DNA from: Patescibacteria group bacterium UBA2773
GTDB taxonomy: Bacteria > Patescibacteriota > Minisyncoccia > Moranbacterales > DUUL01
Length of the DNA: 64,000 nt
Direction of reading: 5' to 3'
Assembly (NCBI GenBank): GCA_002352465.1
Contig: DEIN01000008.1
Span: forward strand, 564 to 64,563
The notes below the pieces were generated by a model. It had not been told where the DNA came from, ran no database searches, and saw nothing but the letters and a program-made list of their open reading frames with translations. Positions 29,393-39,813 of this stretch are shown piece after piece. The translations under genes and the position numbers were made by a program. Within the stretch, counting starts at the first letter, position 1, and each line of letters begins with the position of its first letter.

Positions 29393-29815
29393 CTATTTTC
29401 CAGTGCTTCCGAAGGCTTGATTGCCTCGATTGGTGTCTTCCAATTCAGTCACTATTTTTATTTCTGGATGTTCAATTTTTTGAAATAGAACTTGAGCTAT
29501 TTTTTCACCTTTTTTAATTAGAATTTTTTCTTGACTTAAGTTGATTAGGCCAATGAACCATTCTCCGGTGTAATTGCTATCAATAACTCCTCCTAAAGTT
29601 TTAAGTCCTTTTTTGTGGGCTAAGCCACTTTTATCCCAAATCAAACCTACATATCCGTTTTCAATTTTAATAGCGATTCCAGTCGAAACAGAGGTTCTCT
29701 GGTCAGGTTCAAGTCTAATATCTTGATTAGTAAACAAATCCATTCCCGCATCATTTTCTAATGCATATTTTGGAATAACGGCGTCGGATTTGATTTTTTT
29801 AATTTGGATTTTCAT
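29393..29815 (-). CDS. dut: dUTP diphosphatase
   Basis: AGMDL, KSGLA, GGVIDSNYTGE, IAQ, RG..AFGSTG. Confidence 0.95.
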   Translation of the reverse strand: MKIQIKKIKSDAVIPKYALENDAGMDLFTNQDIRLEPDQRTSVSTGIAIKIENGYVGLIWDKSGLAHKKGLKTLGGVIDSNYTGEWFIGLINLSQEKILIKKGEKIAQVLFQKIEHPEIKIVTELEDTNRGNQAFGSTGK

Positions 29816-30549
29816 TTTTTAATAAATTTTAATTCTTTTTTAAAAAAATCTATCATCTGTTGTTTTGAGTACTCAATTGTTTTATTAGCATCCATATAAA
29901 TAACTTTGGTGCCTCGTTTTTCAAACATTTTTTTGAACCAATTGCTTTCAAATTCTTTTTTGACTTTTTTTTGAAAGGTTGCTTTTTCGAAAATTGAGTT
30001 ATCATTTTTTGTTCTATTGGCTAATCTAGTTATTGTTTTTTGAACATCTACTGTCAAAATTATTAAAAAATCAGGTGAATTTTTTAGCGCAAATTGATTA
30101 CCTGGTAAATTTAAAACTTCTTCAAAGTCTATTTCGTCTTTTCGCCCAGTTATTCTTTGATAAACCAAAGAGGTTGAAACGCTTCTGGATTGAAAAACTA
30201 ATCCTCCTTTTTTTAAAAAAGGTAAAATCAAGCCTTCGTAAAGTATTTGTCTGTCTAGGGCGTAAGCTTGAGCTAAGACAGAAGTCGAATAATTTATTTT
30301 AGAATCTTTCGAAATTAGAACTTCTCTTATGAATTTACCTATTCCAAAATAAGTTGGCTCACTACTATAAAGCGCTTCGAAATTTTCAACTTCAGAAAAA
30401 TCAGGTAGACGATTATTTTTTTCCCAAAATTCATTAACATCAAAAATTTTTTGATTATCTTTTTTTAATTCATTTTTTAAACTTTCAAGAAAAACGCTTT
30501 TTCCAGCTCCATCCATTCCATCTACTACAATAAATTTTCCTTTTTTCAT
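29812..30549 (-). CDS. tmk: Thymidylate kinase
   Basis: FIVVDGMDGAGKS, EPT, YALDR, SRSVSTSLVYQ; start set at ATG 30549. Confidence 0.85.
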   Translation of the reverse strand: MKKGKFIVVDGMDGAGKSVFLESLKNELKKDNQKIFDVNEFWEKNNRLPDFSEVENFEALYSSEPTYFGIGKFIREVLISKDSKINYSTSVLAQAYALDRQILYEGLILPFLKKGGLVFQSRSVSTSLVYQRITGRKDEIDFEEVLNLPGNQFALKNSPDFLIILTVDVQKTITRLANRTKNDNSIFEKATFQKKVKKEFESNWFKKMFEKRGTKVIYMDANKTIEYSKQQMIDFFKKELKFIKK

Positions 30550-30553
30550 ATTT

Positions 30554-31903
30554 TTATTTTTCAATAATATCTTGTTTTCCTCTTTCAATGTCAAATCTAT
30601 TAGGAGCATCGTCAAGATGAAGAACAAGCCCATCTTTTTTGAATAATTTTTTCATACTATCAATCATCTTTAAAACTTGTTTCACTAAAGTCGGATGAAC
30701 AAAACGAGTTGATCTTAATTCTGCTAAATAAACGAGAGCTTTTAAATCACTTGAAAATCTGCAGGGAACTTGATAACCCATAGCAATAAAATATTGTTTT
30801 TCGGTTTCTTCTAATTTTAATTCATTAATTTTATTTTCTTGAGATTTAATAAAATTCTTTGTTTTCTCTCGAAGATTATTTGGTAAAGAATCTAAATACC
30901 AAGGATTAAAATTGTGATCAAAATTTAAAAGAGGCATTCTTTGAGCAATAGCTCGGTGTCTTTGTAAATCACGAAAAGAACCAAAATCTAAAAGAAATTC
31001 ATAAGCAACTACACCGCATTCTGCAATTGCCATTGGCAATTCAGTTTTCATTGGACGATCTTTTAACTCATTTCGATAATTAAATAAAATATTTCTATCA
31101 ACATTATCATAAATCAAAGAAAAATCTTTGGCTTTATCGTTTTTGTAGTAATAATTTCCTTGCATCCAATTTTTATTGTATCTTTCTGTGTTTGAAAAAC
31201 GTTCGTGTCCGAAAGAACTTGGGTACATTTCACCCAAAGCTTCTTCAGTTTTTTCTGCAATATCACGAACTTCTTCCAATGGATGGTGTCTAAGCAACAT
31301 TATTTCATCAGCGAATTGTCTGAAATTCATTCTCCAAGCAACATTTGTGGTGGCTCCAGCTGGTAAAAAAGATCTTGTAATATCAAAAGCTCTGGCAATA
31401 ATAGCTTTTTCATAAATTTCTTCATTTTCTTTTTCTTTTCTAGGAAATTGAACTTTTAAATAATCTTGAACTGGTTTTTGAGCTTCTAAATAAAAATTTC
31501 TCCAATTTTCTAATATTTCATTGCCCTTTTTTGTTTTTGAAGGATCCAAAAATTTTTGTTTGGAAAAATCAACATATCTAGTAGAGGCTTCTTGTCCTGA
31601 ATAAAGTCGCCAATCCTGAATTGCTTTAGCTGCTAACATTGAAATTCCTTCAACAAAAACAGTTCCAGAACCACAATCACCAATTGATTTATGTCCATAA
31701 CCAACATAGAATTGTTCCATAAAATTTTCAGCCCCTTTTTCTTTGAGAATCTTAAGATGATGTTTGATTCCTCCGGTGGAACGAGAATGAAGTGCTTGTA
31801 ACATTGCTTCGGCTTGACCATCAATTGAAGCACCATTATCAAGAACTAAGATGAAGCCTCCTTGCGATAAATCTTTAATAACATGTGTTTCAGAAATATT
31901 CAT
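30554..31903 (-). CDS. thyX: FAD-dependent thymidylate synthase (tandem-domain ThyX)
   Basis: YGHKSI, QEASTRY, RSFLPAGATT, DFGSFRDLQRHR, ELRS...HP. Confidence 0.85.
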   Translation of the reverse strand: MNISETHVIKDLSQGGFILVLDNGASIDGQAEAMLQALHSRSTGGIKHHLKILKEKGAENFMEQFYVGYGHKSIGDCGSGTVFVEGISMLAAKAIQDWRLYSGQEASTRYVDFSKQKFLDPSKTKKGNEILENWRNFYLEAQKPVQDYLKVQFPRKEKENEEIYEKAIIARAFDITRSFLPAGATTNVAWRMNFRQFADEIMLLRHHPLEEVRDIAEKTEEALGEMYPSSFGHERFSNTERYNKNWMQGNYYYKNDKAKDFSLIYDNVDRNILFNYRNELKDRPMKTELPMAIAECGVVAYEFLLDFGSFRDLQRHRAIAQRMPLLNFDHNFNPWYLDSLPNNLREKTKNFIKSQENKINELKLEETEKQYFIAMGYQVPCRFSSDLKALVYLAELRSTRFVHPTLVKQVLKMIDSMKKLFKKDGLVLHLDDAPNRFDIERGKQDIIEK

Positions 31904-31914
31904 TATTATATTAA

Positions 31915-32517
31915 TTAATTTTTATTAAAAATAACACCTAAATTAGACAATCTTAGCTCCAAGTCTTCGGCTGATTTGAACAAAATCGTTTTTATTCCTA
32001 TTTTTTTTGCTGGTTCAAGACATTCAATTTGATCATCAATAAAAACACATTCGTTGGGTTTTAAAAGTAATTTTTTTAACATAATCTCGTATATTTTTTT
32101 ATTTGGTTTGGTGATACCAACTTCGTGAGACAAAATGGTTGCATCAAAGTCATCATACCAACCTTGTTTTTTATATTTTTGTGAATTTAAAATATCTGAA
32201 TTAGACAAAACTATCAATTTATAATTATTTTTTAATTTTTGAGTTATTTTTTTCATTTCCGGATTAATTTTCCAATTATTCGTCCAGATTTGTTTGATTT
32301 TCCTCAAATCTTTTTCTGATAATTTTTTTGATTTAAAAATTTTGCGAAAACATTCATCGGGAGAAATCAAACCTTGATTGTATTCTTTATTAAAAACGAT
32401 ATCATTTTTATAGAGATTGTTTTTAGAATTCAACATTAAACAAACTTTATCTAAAAAAATTTTTAAATTACCCTCAAGATAAACTCCTCCAATATCAAAT
32501 ATTATGTTTTTAATCAT
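31915..32517 (-). CDS. HAD family phosphatase
   Basis: IIFDIGGV, LSN, KPNKKIY, VFIDD. Confidence 0.9.
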   Translation of the reverse strand: MIKNIIFDIGGVYLEGNLKIFLDKVCLMLNSKNNLYKNDIVFNKEYNQGLISPDECFRKIFKSKKLSEKDLRKIKQIWTNNWKINPEMKKITQKLKNNYKLIVLSNSDILNSQKYKKQGWYDDFDATILSHEVGITKPNKKIYEIMLKKLLLKPNECVFIDDQIECLEPAKKIGIKTILFKSAEDLELRLSNLGVIFNKN

Positions 32518-32545
32518 TTTTTAGATTAGCCGGTTATTTTATTCA

Positions 32546-33106
32546 TTAGAAGTTTTTAAACATTTTTGAAGCTTGAACATTTTTATCTCCGTAGTATTTA
32601 CTATTTAAGCCTTTTGCTCCGTAGATTTTGTCACAAGGAGACGAAAGATATTCGAATGCCATTTGAGCAATGGGCATCTTATAATAAAGTTTTATAGGCA
32701 AGCTTCCTGCATTAAAAAGTTCCAATGTCATTTTCAGAGAATTTCCTGGATCAAGATATCCAGCTGTCGTATGAATTATAAGACCTAAACGTCCCAACGA
32801 ACTCTTGCCTTCTAGTCTACCAACTAATTTATTTGAAACACCAGTTTCTTCGCAAACTAAAGCTAATGCAAATTCTTTTGGGTGTAGAATGAAGAATTTT
32901 TTTTCATTAATTTTTATTTTTTTCATCAAATTTTCTGTAGGTTTTTTTACATCAATAATAAAATTTTCTGTTGTATTGAAAATTAAAAAATCTTTATCTA
33001 AATGTAAATCAATACTAGCAGGTTGAATGTATTTTTTACTAAAAGGTTTTACTATTATTTCTCCTTTATCTATTTCTTTTAAAATATCATTATCGGAAAG
33101 CGCCAT
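32546..33106 (-). CDS. dcd: dCTP deaminase
   Basis: LSDNDI, IQPASIDLHL, GRLEGKSSLGRLGLIIHTTAGYLDPG, TLEL. Confidence 0.95.
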   Translation of the reverse strand: MALSDNDILKEIDKGEIIVKPFSKKYIQPASIDLHLDKDFLIFNTTENFIIDVKKPTENLMKKIKINEKKFFILHPKEFALALVCEETGVSNKLVGRLEGKSSLGRLGLIIHTTAGYLDPGNSLKMTLELFNAGSLPIKLYYKMPIAQMAFEYLSSPCDKIYGAKGLNSKYYGDKNVQASKMFKNF

Positions 33107-33258
33107 AAGCTTTAAATTATTTATTATCTTACAAATCAGTGTTGATATTCTATCAAAAATAAAAAATAAAAAAAGAGGCTTTTTGAAAAGGGTATAAAAA
33201 AACTGGATTTTGACAACCCAGTTTTTTTGTTGAAATTTTGTTGAAATATAAAAGTTTT

Positions 33259-33822
33259 TTAATTAATTTTTTGATAACCGAGGTTTTCCATAAATTTATC
33301 AGTATCGGTTAATAAGTGATTTAAATCAAACTCGTTATTGATTTTGCAATCAGCTTCGGCTCCGATTTTTGGTACATTTACTTCAGTCGATTTTAAATCA
33401 ATTTTTTCAAAATTTTCGAAAGAAGTACTGTCGTCACTTTTTTCATCTCGCTTTGATGCTCTTTCCCAACGAGTTTTGGCACCGGCAGTAACATATAAGA
33501 TTTTGTTATTTTCAAAACTTCTGATGAATTTCAAATCTGGAGGCATTCGAAGACCGTTAACTACTACAATTTGATTGGGTTCATCGTCAATTCTTTTCTT
33601 GATTGCTTTACTTAAAATATCATCGCCAAATCTTTCTTGAAAAGCAGTGAACAACCAGTGCTGATCAGCACGTGATAATTTATTGAAGTAAATTGAAAGG
33701 GCGTCTTTAATCGGGTCAGCAAATCGAACTTGCTTAGCTCCATATTTTTCTTCTAAATATTTTCCGACAGTATCCTTGCCTGAACCTACCTCACCGACTA
33801 GTCCAATAACGATTTTATTCAT
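33259..33822 (-). CDS. P-loop nucleotide kinase (dNMP kinase / dephospho-CoA kinase-like)
   Basis: IGLVGEVGSGKDTV, FADPIK, VVNGLR. Confidence 0.7.
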   Translation of the reverse strand: MNKIVIGLVGEVGSGKDTVGKYLEEKYGAKQVRFADPIKDALSIYFNKLSRADQHWLFTAFQERFGDDILSKAIKKRIDDEPNQIVVVNGLRMPPDLKFIRSFENNKILYVTAGAKTRWERASKRDEKSDDSTSFENFEKIDLKSTEVNVPKIGAEADCKINNEFDLNHLLTDTDKFMENLGYQKIN

Positions 33823-33931
33823 TTGAATATATAAAAAGTTAAATTTAAAACAACCCCAATATTATAATATCAAACCAAATAAAAAACAATACAAAAAAAC
33901 TTTTGTTTTTAAAAAGACTAATAAATTTTAG

Positions 33932-34318
33932 CTATTTATTTTTATATAATGAATAACCGATTGTTATTAGGAATAAAAAATAAATTAAGAGTTCTAATCG
34001 AGCTATTTTATATAAAGTAAACCAAGTCCCAATGAAAAATATTAAAAGCAATGAAATTTTGAATAGATTATTTAGTATAGGAAAATTTTTAGGAGTAAGT
34101 TCCTTTTTTGAAAAAATAGATAAAGTTAGCCAGCCAGCCAAAATTATTAATAATAAAAAATTTAAATTAAAATGATTTATTACATAGCCTGGAAGGATTG
34201 ATTCGATGAAAAATAAAACTAGATAATCCAGGGATAACACTAAAAGAAGCCAAAAAACAAAAGTAGCGTTGTTGTTTAGAATGCTCGTTGTTTTTTTGGA
34301 GATTGCTTGGATGTTCAT
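33932..34318 (-). CDS. Hypothetical membrane protein (4 TM)
   Basis: Hydrophobic ORF co-oriented in operon. Confidence 0.65.
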   Translation of the reverse strand: MNIQAISKKTTSILNNNATFVFWLLLVLSLDYLVLFFIESILPGYVINHFNLNFLLLIILAGWLTLSIFSKKELTPKNFPILNNLFKISLLLIFFIGTWFTLYKIARLELLIYFLFLITIGYSLYKNK

Positions 34319-34324
34319 ATTAGT

Positions 34325-35263
34325 TTAGATGAAGGGGATATAACCGCGATATTTTTTTATCAATTTTAATTTAATATTGTCGATGCTAACTAGAAAATTA
34401 TTTTTAAAAGATTTTTGGGAAGGAGTAGTAGAAAGATTTAATTTAATTTCTTGAATTTCGTCACTTTTTAGATCCGAAGTAATAAAAATATAGTTAGACT
34501 TGGTCGAATTAATCTCCTTAGTCAAATTGCAAATAAGTTCGTTTTTGTTGGAAATTAAATTGCAATTGTCGAATGGTTCTGGTTTCAGGGTGTTAATTTT
34601 GATCGGTGAAGTTTGTGAAAAATTTTTTGGGTCAATCCCTGTTTCTAGTGGAAAAAGTTTTTGATCCCAGACTAACAAATATTTACCATTAACTTCGATG
34701 AAAGTTCCATTTGGATGAGCATCTCCATATAGGAAACTCTCTAGTTCTTGCAGCCCGCCTGCAAAACCAATTTTTTTGTCAACTACGTCTTTCCATTGAT
34801 AACCCATTTTTTCAAATAACTCAGCTGAAAAAATTGATCGATAAGTATTATTTGGAAGCATTATGCTAATAGAATCACCATTAAAAAACAAACTGCCTGC
34901 GGGTAAATCAGTGGAATTTCCCTCAAAAAGTAAATTTTTTAATTCGGTTTTGTTCAAAGCATCTTCTATTTGAGGGTAGAAAGAGACTAGGAAATTTTGA
35001 TAAGCTAAGATCTTCCCTCTGTCTCTATTGATAAATGCTTTGTTTGGTTTTAAAACTAGATTAATTTTATCAAAAAAATAGTTCTCTTCTTCTGGAAAAA
35101 CTAAAAGTTCTTGATTATTAATTGTTTGTGATGTAATTTTGACGCCAGATTGAGCAGCGCTAATTGAGGAATAATCAAAATCGACTAAAACAATTTTCCA
35201 TAAAACATATAATGGAATTGAAAGTCCAATGAAAATAACGATAAAGATTTTTAATTTAGACAT
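34325..35263 (-). CDS. Hypothetical membrane-anchored protein
   Basis: N-terminal TM, 312-aa ORF in operon after recA. Confidence 0.65.
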   Translation of the reverse strand: MSKLKIFIVIFIGLSIPLYVLWKIVLVDFDYSSISAAQSGVKITSQTINNQELLVFPEEENYFFDKINLVLKPNKAFINRDRGKILAYQNFLVSFYPQIEDALNKTELKNLLFEGNSTDLPAGSLFFNGDSISIMLPNNTYRSIFSAELFEKMGYQWKDVVDKKIGFAGGLQELESFLYGDAHPNGTFIEVNGKYLLVWDQKLFPLETGIDPKNFSQTSPIKINTLKPEPFDNCNLISNKNELICNLTKEINSTKSNYIFITSDLKSDEIQEIKLNLSTTPSQKSFKNNFLVSIDNIKLKLIKKYRGYIPFI

Positions 35264-35294
35264 TATTATTTTTATATATTTGAAGGCAGTCTTC

Positions 35295-36320
35295 TTATAA
35301 AGCCTCCTTGTTTTTTATTTCCTTAATGGTTGCCAATATTTCATTATAAGCTTTGGGATTTTCTTGAAGATATTTTTTGACTGATTCTCTGCCTTGTCCA
35401 ATTTTTTCTCCTTTATAGCTAAACCAAGCTCCAGCCTTGTCTAAAACTTTCAGATTAGTTCCAAGCTCAACTACATCGCCTTCTCTTGAAATTCCTTTAT
35501 TGTACATAATGTCGAATTCGGCAATTTGAAAAGGGGGAGCTACTTTGTTTTTTACTACCTTGACCTTAACTCGATTGCCAATTATTTGATCGCCTTGTTT
35601 GATTTGGGCGGCTCGTCTGACTTCTAATCGGACTGAGGCGTAAAATTTCAAGGCATTTCCGCCAGTGGTGGTTTCGGGATTACCAAAAACTACCCCGATT
35701 TTCATTCGAATTTGATTGATGAATATTACCATTACGTTGGTTTTGGCGATGATGCTAGTTAATTTTCTCAAAGCTTGAGACATTAATCGGGCTTGAAGTC
35801 CCATGTGAGAATCACCCATATCACCTTCGATTTCTGCTCGGGGGGTCAAAGCAGCGACTGAATCGACTACAACTACATCAACGGCGTTGGATCTAACCAA
35901 TGTTTCAACGATTTCTAGTGCTTGTTCTCCATTATCCGGTTGAGATATTAAAAGCTCTTCAACATCTACTCCAATTTTTTTAGCGTAAGATGGATCTAGT
36001 GCATGCTCGGCGTCAACAAAGGCAGCTACTCCTCCGTCTTTTTGGGCATTGGCAACAACATGCAAAGCTAAAGTTGTCTTACCGGATGATTCTGGACCAT
36101 AAATTTCAACTACTCTGCCTCTTGGTAAACCGTTAATTCCTAAGGCAATATCAAGTGATGGAGAGCCGGTTGAAATTGAAGCAATGTCGACTTTTTTGAT
36201 TTCTCCTAATTTCATAATCGAGCCTTCTCCAAATTTTGTTCGGATTTCTTCGATTGCTTCATTGCAATCTTGTCTTTTAACAACTTTTTTTACTTTTTTG
36301 ATTTTATCTTTTGCGGTCAT
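35295..36320 (-). CDS. recA: Recombinase RecA
   Basis: [42 protein letters not shown]. Confidence 0.99.
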   Translation of the reverse strand: MTAKDKIKKVKKVVKRQDCNEAIEEIRTKFGEGSIMKLGEIKKVDIASISTGSPSLDIALGINGLPRGRVVEIYGPESSGKTTLALHVVANAQKDGGVAAFVDAEHALDPSYAKKIGVDVEELLISQPDNGEQALEIVETLVRSNAVDVVVVDSVAALTPRAEIEGDMGDSHMGLQARLMSQALRKLTSIIAKTNVMVIFINQIRMKIGVVFGNPETTTGGNALKFYASVRLEVRRAAQIKQGDQIIGNRVKVKVVKNKVAPPFQIAEFDIMYNKGISREGDVVELGTNLKVLDKAGAWFSYKGEKIGQGRESVKKYLQENPKAYNEILATIKEIKNKEAL

Positions 36321-36349
36321 AAGCGTTTTTAATTTTTATTATTTTGATG

Positions 36350-37348
36350 TTACTCTTTTTCCTCTTCGACTATTCCATCTTTGTTTAAAATTATTTTTTC
36401 AAAATTTTTAATTTTTTCTTCCAAAACAAAAAATTCTTCTTCGTTTATTTTAACATAAGTTCTAGCAACATTACTAGAGCTAATTTCTATCTTATCTTGA
36501 GCTTCAATTTTTAAAATAGTGCCAGAATGAAGGAGATTTTTTTGGATTTTTTTTTCATCTACTTTTATCAATAAATTATCAATAAATTCAGAGCTTTTGA
36601 TTTCTATAAAAAAATTTTCCTCAGGAATTGAATCTATTTGAGTATTTTGATTTTCTACTTCTAAGACTCTTAGTTCATAGTCAGCAATAATATTCAATAT
36701 TTTTTGAGTATGTTTTTCGCGTTTATTTGATGCTTCAATAATTATTTCGTTAGAACCTTTTTGCAAACCAATTGTTTCCTCGAAGTTTCCTGTTGAGTTA
36801 ACTGGCACCAATTCATTGTTTATACTAATTTTATTGCCAATATCAGTAGCTCCCGCAATTTTAACGGAACTATCTTGAATACTGTCGCTAGAGTTTGGTG
36901 TCTTGATTGTTAGGTTAGGTTTTTTTGAAAAACTGTCCAATTCTGAATAAAAATAGATTAGTCCTATCAAAACTACAATAAAAGAGATGAAAATTGAAGC
37001 CATTTTTGGAGTGATAGTTAAACTGGGAATTCTATTTTTTAATTTTTCTTGGTCCCTCTTTTGATATTTTAAGATATTTTCTCGAACTCCAATTTCTTTA
37101 TTGAATTGAGCGATTACTTTTTCTGGGTTCAAGTTTAAATGTTTAGCATAATTTCGTAAAAAACCTTTAATATAAACATCAAAAGGCATTTTTTCAAAGT
37201 CACCAGCTTCGATTTTTCTCAAATAATCTTGTTTGATTTTTGTTTGAACTGCCATTTCTTCCAAGGAGATTCCTGATTTTTTTCTGATTTTTTTTAAATT
37301 TTCTCCTAGTGTAAGGGATTTGACTTTTCTTTTTACAAAGCTTACCAT
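36350..37348 (-). CDS. RodZ-like HTH membrane protein with Ig-like extracellular domain
   Basis: LGENLKKIR...SLEEMA..TKI...YL..IE.G, YIKGFLRNYA..L; one TM. Confidence 0.8.
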   Translation of the reverse strand: MVSFVKRKVKSLTLGENLKKIRKKSGISLEEMAVQTKIKQDYLRKIEAGDFEKMPFDVYIKGFLRNYAKHLNLNPEKVIAQFNKEIGVRENILKYQKRDQEKLKNRIPSLTITPKMASIFISFIVVLIGLIYFYSELDSFSKKPNLTIKTPNSSDSIQDSSVKIAGATDIGNKISINNELVPVNSTGNFEETIGLQKGSNEIIIEASNKREKHTQKILNIIADYELRVLEVENQNTQIDSIPEENFFIEIKSSEFIDNLLIKVDEKKIQKNLLHSGTILKIEAQDKIEISSSNVARTYVKINEEEFFVLEEKIKNFEKIILNKDGIVEEEKE

Positions 37349-37438
37349 ATATTTTTTATTTACAAACAGTTTCTTATCATATGATACCTTAAGATATTTT
37401 TTTTGTAAAACAAGTCATTTTAAATGTCAATTACAAAT

Positions 37439-37465
37439 AAAAACCTCGATTAATTCGAGGTTTTT
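37439..37465. terminator. Intrinsic terminator after rpsI
   Basis: AAAAACCTCGA-TTAAT-TCGAGGTTTTT. Confidence 0.75.
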
Positions 37466-37482
37466 GAAGTTGTTCTAAAAAA

Positions 37483-37887
37483 TTATCGTTTTCTCCATTG
37501 AGCTGATCGACGAGCTTTCTTCAAGCCAGGCTTCTTTCTTTCTTTCTTTCGGGCATCTCTTTTTAGCAAATCTTGATCTTTTAAAATTTGATGTAGACCG
37601 TCATCATACTTAACTAAAGCTCTAGAAAGTCCTAATTTGATAGCATCTGATTGACCTCTTAAACCACCACCATTAACTTTGACGGAAATAGCCAATTTTT
37701 TTTCTAGTCCAGCTATTATTAGTGGATGAAAAAGGGCTTTTTGGAATTTTTTGACAGGAAAAAAAACTTCAGCTTTTTTGTCGTTAATAATATAATCAGC
37801 TTTTTCACCCTTGATTATTCTTACTCTGGCAACACTTTCTTTTCTTCTGCCAATTCCTTCGAAATATTCCTGAATTTTTTTAGTCAT
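37483..37887 (-). CDS. rpsI: 30S ribosomal protein S9
   Basis: GRRKESVARV, GGGLRGQ, ERKKPGLKKARRSAQWRKR. Confidence 0.97.
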   Translation of the reverse strand: MTKKIQEYFEGIGRRKESVARVRIIKGEKADYIINDKKAEVFFPVKKFQKALFHPLIIAGLEKKLAISVKVNGGGLRGQSDAIKLGLSRALVKYDDGLHQILKDQDLLKRDARKKERKKPGLKKARRSAQWRKR

Positions 37888-37940
37888 CTAAATTAATTTA
37901 AATATTGTAAATCAAAATAATTACGTTAGGAAATAATCCC

Positions 37941-38348
37941 TTATTTAATTTGACTTTGATATGGATGTTCTTCATTTTTAAAAATTCTTAATCTTTTCAT
38001 TGCTTCAATACTGAGTTTATTCTTTGGTAACATTCCCTTAACGGCTTTTTCAATTATTTGGGTCGAATCTTTTTTTAACAATTCCTTAAAAGTAGTTTTG
38101 GATATTCCACCTGGATATCCTGAATATCGCCAATAAAGTTTCTTGTTTTCTTTCTCCCCAGAAAGTCGAACTTTGTCGGAGTTGATAACTACTACCCAGT
38201 TGCTTCCTCCAATATGAGGTTCAAAATCGACTTCATTTTTTCCTGATAAAACTTTGGCAATTTCAGTCGCCAATCTTCCCAAGATTTTTCCTTTAGCATC
38301 AAATAATTTGAATTCAGGAGCTTTTTGTTGATCTAATCTATTCTTCAT
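37941..38348 (-). CDS. rplM: 50S ribosomal protein L13
   Basis: DAKGKILGRLATEIA, VVVIN, SGYPGG, AVKGMLPKNKL. Confidence 0.96.
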   Translation of the reverse strand: MKNRLDQQKAPEFKLFDAKGKILGRLATEIAKVLSGKNEVDFEPHIGGSNWVVVINSDKVRLSGEKENKKLYWRYSGYPGGISKTTFKELLKKDSTQIIEKAVKGMLPKNKLSIEAMKRLRIFKNEEHPYQSQIK

Positions 38349-38358
38349 TTTGCTTTAA

Positions 38359-38814
38359 TTAGTTCTTTTTATCAGTTGTTTTCTTCTTGATTTTTTCGAC
38401 TTTTTTAACAGTGGTTTTTTTCTCGGGCGATTTTTTCTCGGAAACTTTCAGTTTATCTACCCATTCAATCATTGCCATCTTTGAAAAATCACTTTTTCTT
38501 GGCATTAATTTGATAATTCTAGTATAGCCTCCGGCTCTTTTGGCTTCTTTGGCGATTAAAAAAAGTTCTCGGATACTTTTAATTGGTAATTCTTTTTTTA
38601 AAAGTCTTGTTTTCGAAGTTTTTTCTATTTCATTTACTAATCCTCGTTTGGCTAAGGACAGTCTGCTCTCAGCGAAAGGTTTCAACTCTTTAGCTTTGGC
38701 TAAGGTTGTAATAATTTTCTTGTTTTCGATTAAACTGACCAGCAAAGTTCGCATTAGTGCTTTTTTCTGGTCTTTTTCTCTTCCAAGGCTTCGGCCTTTG
38801 ATCCTTTTATTCAT
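38359..38814 (-). CDS. rplQ: 50S ribosomal protein L17
   Basis: LGR...QKKAL, IITTLAKAKEL, GGYTRIIKL..R. Confidence 0.95.
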   Translation of the reverse strand: MNKRIKGRSLGREKDQKKALMRTLLVSLIENKKIITTLAKAKELKPFAESRLSLAKRGLVNEIEKTSKTRLLKKELPIKSIRELFLIAKEAKRAGGYTRIIKLMPRKSDFSKMAMIEWVDKLKVSEKKSPEKKTTVKKVEKIKKKTTDKKN

Positions 38815-38832
38815 ACTAATCAGTTTTTAAAA

Positions 38833-39780
38833 TTAATCATTCTTTTTTAGTGAATATCCAAAATTTTCAATAGAATTTTTGATTTCATCAACTCCTTTAT
38901 TTCCCATTCCGCTAAGATTTCGTAATTCTTTTTCTGATAATTTGGCTACTTCTGAAACTTTGGTAAGTTCATTCGATTCTAAAACATTGTGAATTCTAGT
39001 AGAAAGCTCTAACGCAGATATCTCAAAATCTTTTTTGGCATTTTTATCTGGTTTTTGGCTTTTAATCTCTTTCTCTTCGATTTCTTCTTGATATTCTTCT
39101 ATATTAGAAATAGCCTTGAATTGTTTTAATAAAACTTTGACTGCTTCAGTGAAGGCTTTTTCTGGTGTAATTGTTCCGTCGGTTTTTATTTCAAGGATAA
39201 TTCGGTCATAATCAGTTCTTTTTCCAACTCGCATATCTTCTACTTTGAAGTTTACTCTTTCGATTGGGCTAAAAATTCCATCAATAGCAATTGCACCTAA
39301 TTCTTTTTCTTTTCGTTCTCGTTGTTCAACTGAAACGTAACCAATACCTTTTTCAATAGTTAACTCAATCTCCAAATCAGATTTGGCCGAAGTTAAACTG
39401 GCAATGTGTTGGTTTGGATTGGCTACTTTGATATCAGTTGTAGTTTTGATGTCTTTAGCAGTCACTTCTTTAGCACCTTTGACTTTCAAGAAAACTTTAA
39501 TGCTTTCATCAGTATGAAGTTGAAATCTAACTTTTTTAAGATTTAAGATCATTTGAACAACATCCTCCTTGACTCCTTTTATTGTAGTAAATTCGTGTGT
39601 TACGCCCTTGACTTTGATTTCCGTGACGGCAGCACCAGTCAATGAGGATAATAAAATTCTTCTTAAGGCATTTCCCAGAGTTATTCCGTAACCTGGATAA
39701 CAACCTTCAATTAAAAATCGAGAAGTTCGTTCGTCAATTTTATCAAATTTAGGAGTGTTTGGTGATGTTATTAAAAGCAT
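38833..39780 (-). CDS. rpoA: RNA polymerase alpha subunit
   Basis: GYGITLGNALRRILLSSL.G, HEF..I.GVKED, DGIFSPI, RVG.RTDYD. Confidence 0.98.
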   Translation of the reverse strand: MLLITSPNTPKFDKIDERTSRFLIEGCYPGYGITLGNALRRILLSSLTGAAVTEIKVKGVTHEFTTIKGVKEDVVQMILNLKKVRFQLHTDESIKVFLKVKGAKEVTAKDIKTTTDIKVANPNQHIASLTSAKSDLEIELTIEKGIGYVSVEQRERKEKELGAIAIDGIFSPIERVNFKVEDMRVGKRTDYDRIILEIKTDGTITPEKAFTEAVKVLLKQFKAISNIEEYQEEIEEKEIKSQKPDKNAKKDFEISALELSTRIHNVLESNELTKVSEVAKLSEKELRNLSGMGNKGVDEIKNSIENFGYSLKKND

Positions 39781-39813
39781 TTTTTTAAAGTTAATCTTTA
39801 TATAAATAATTTA

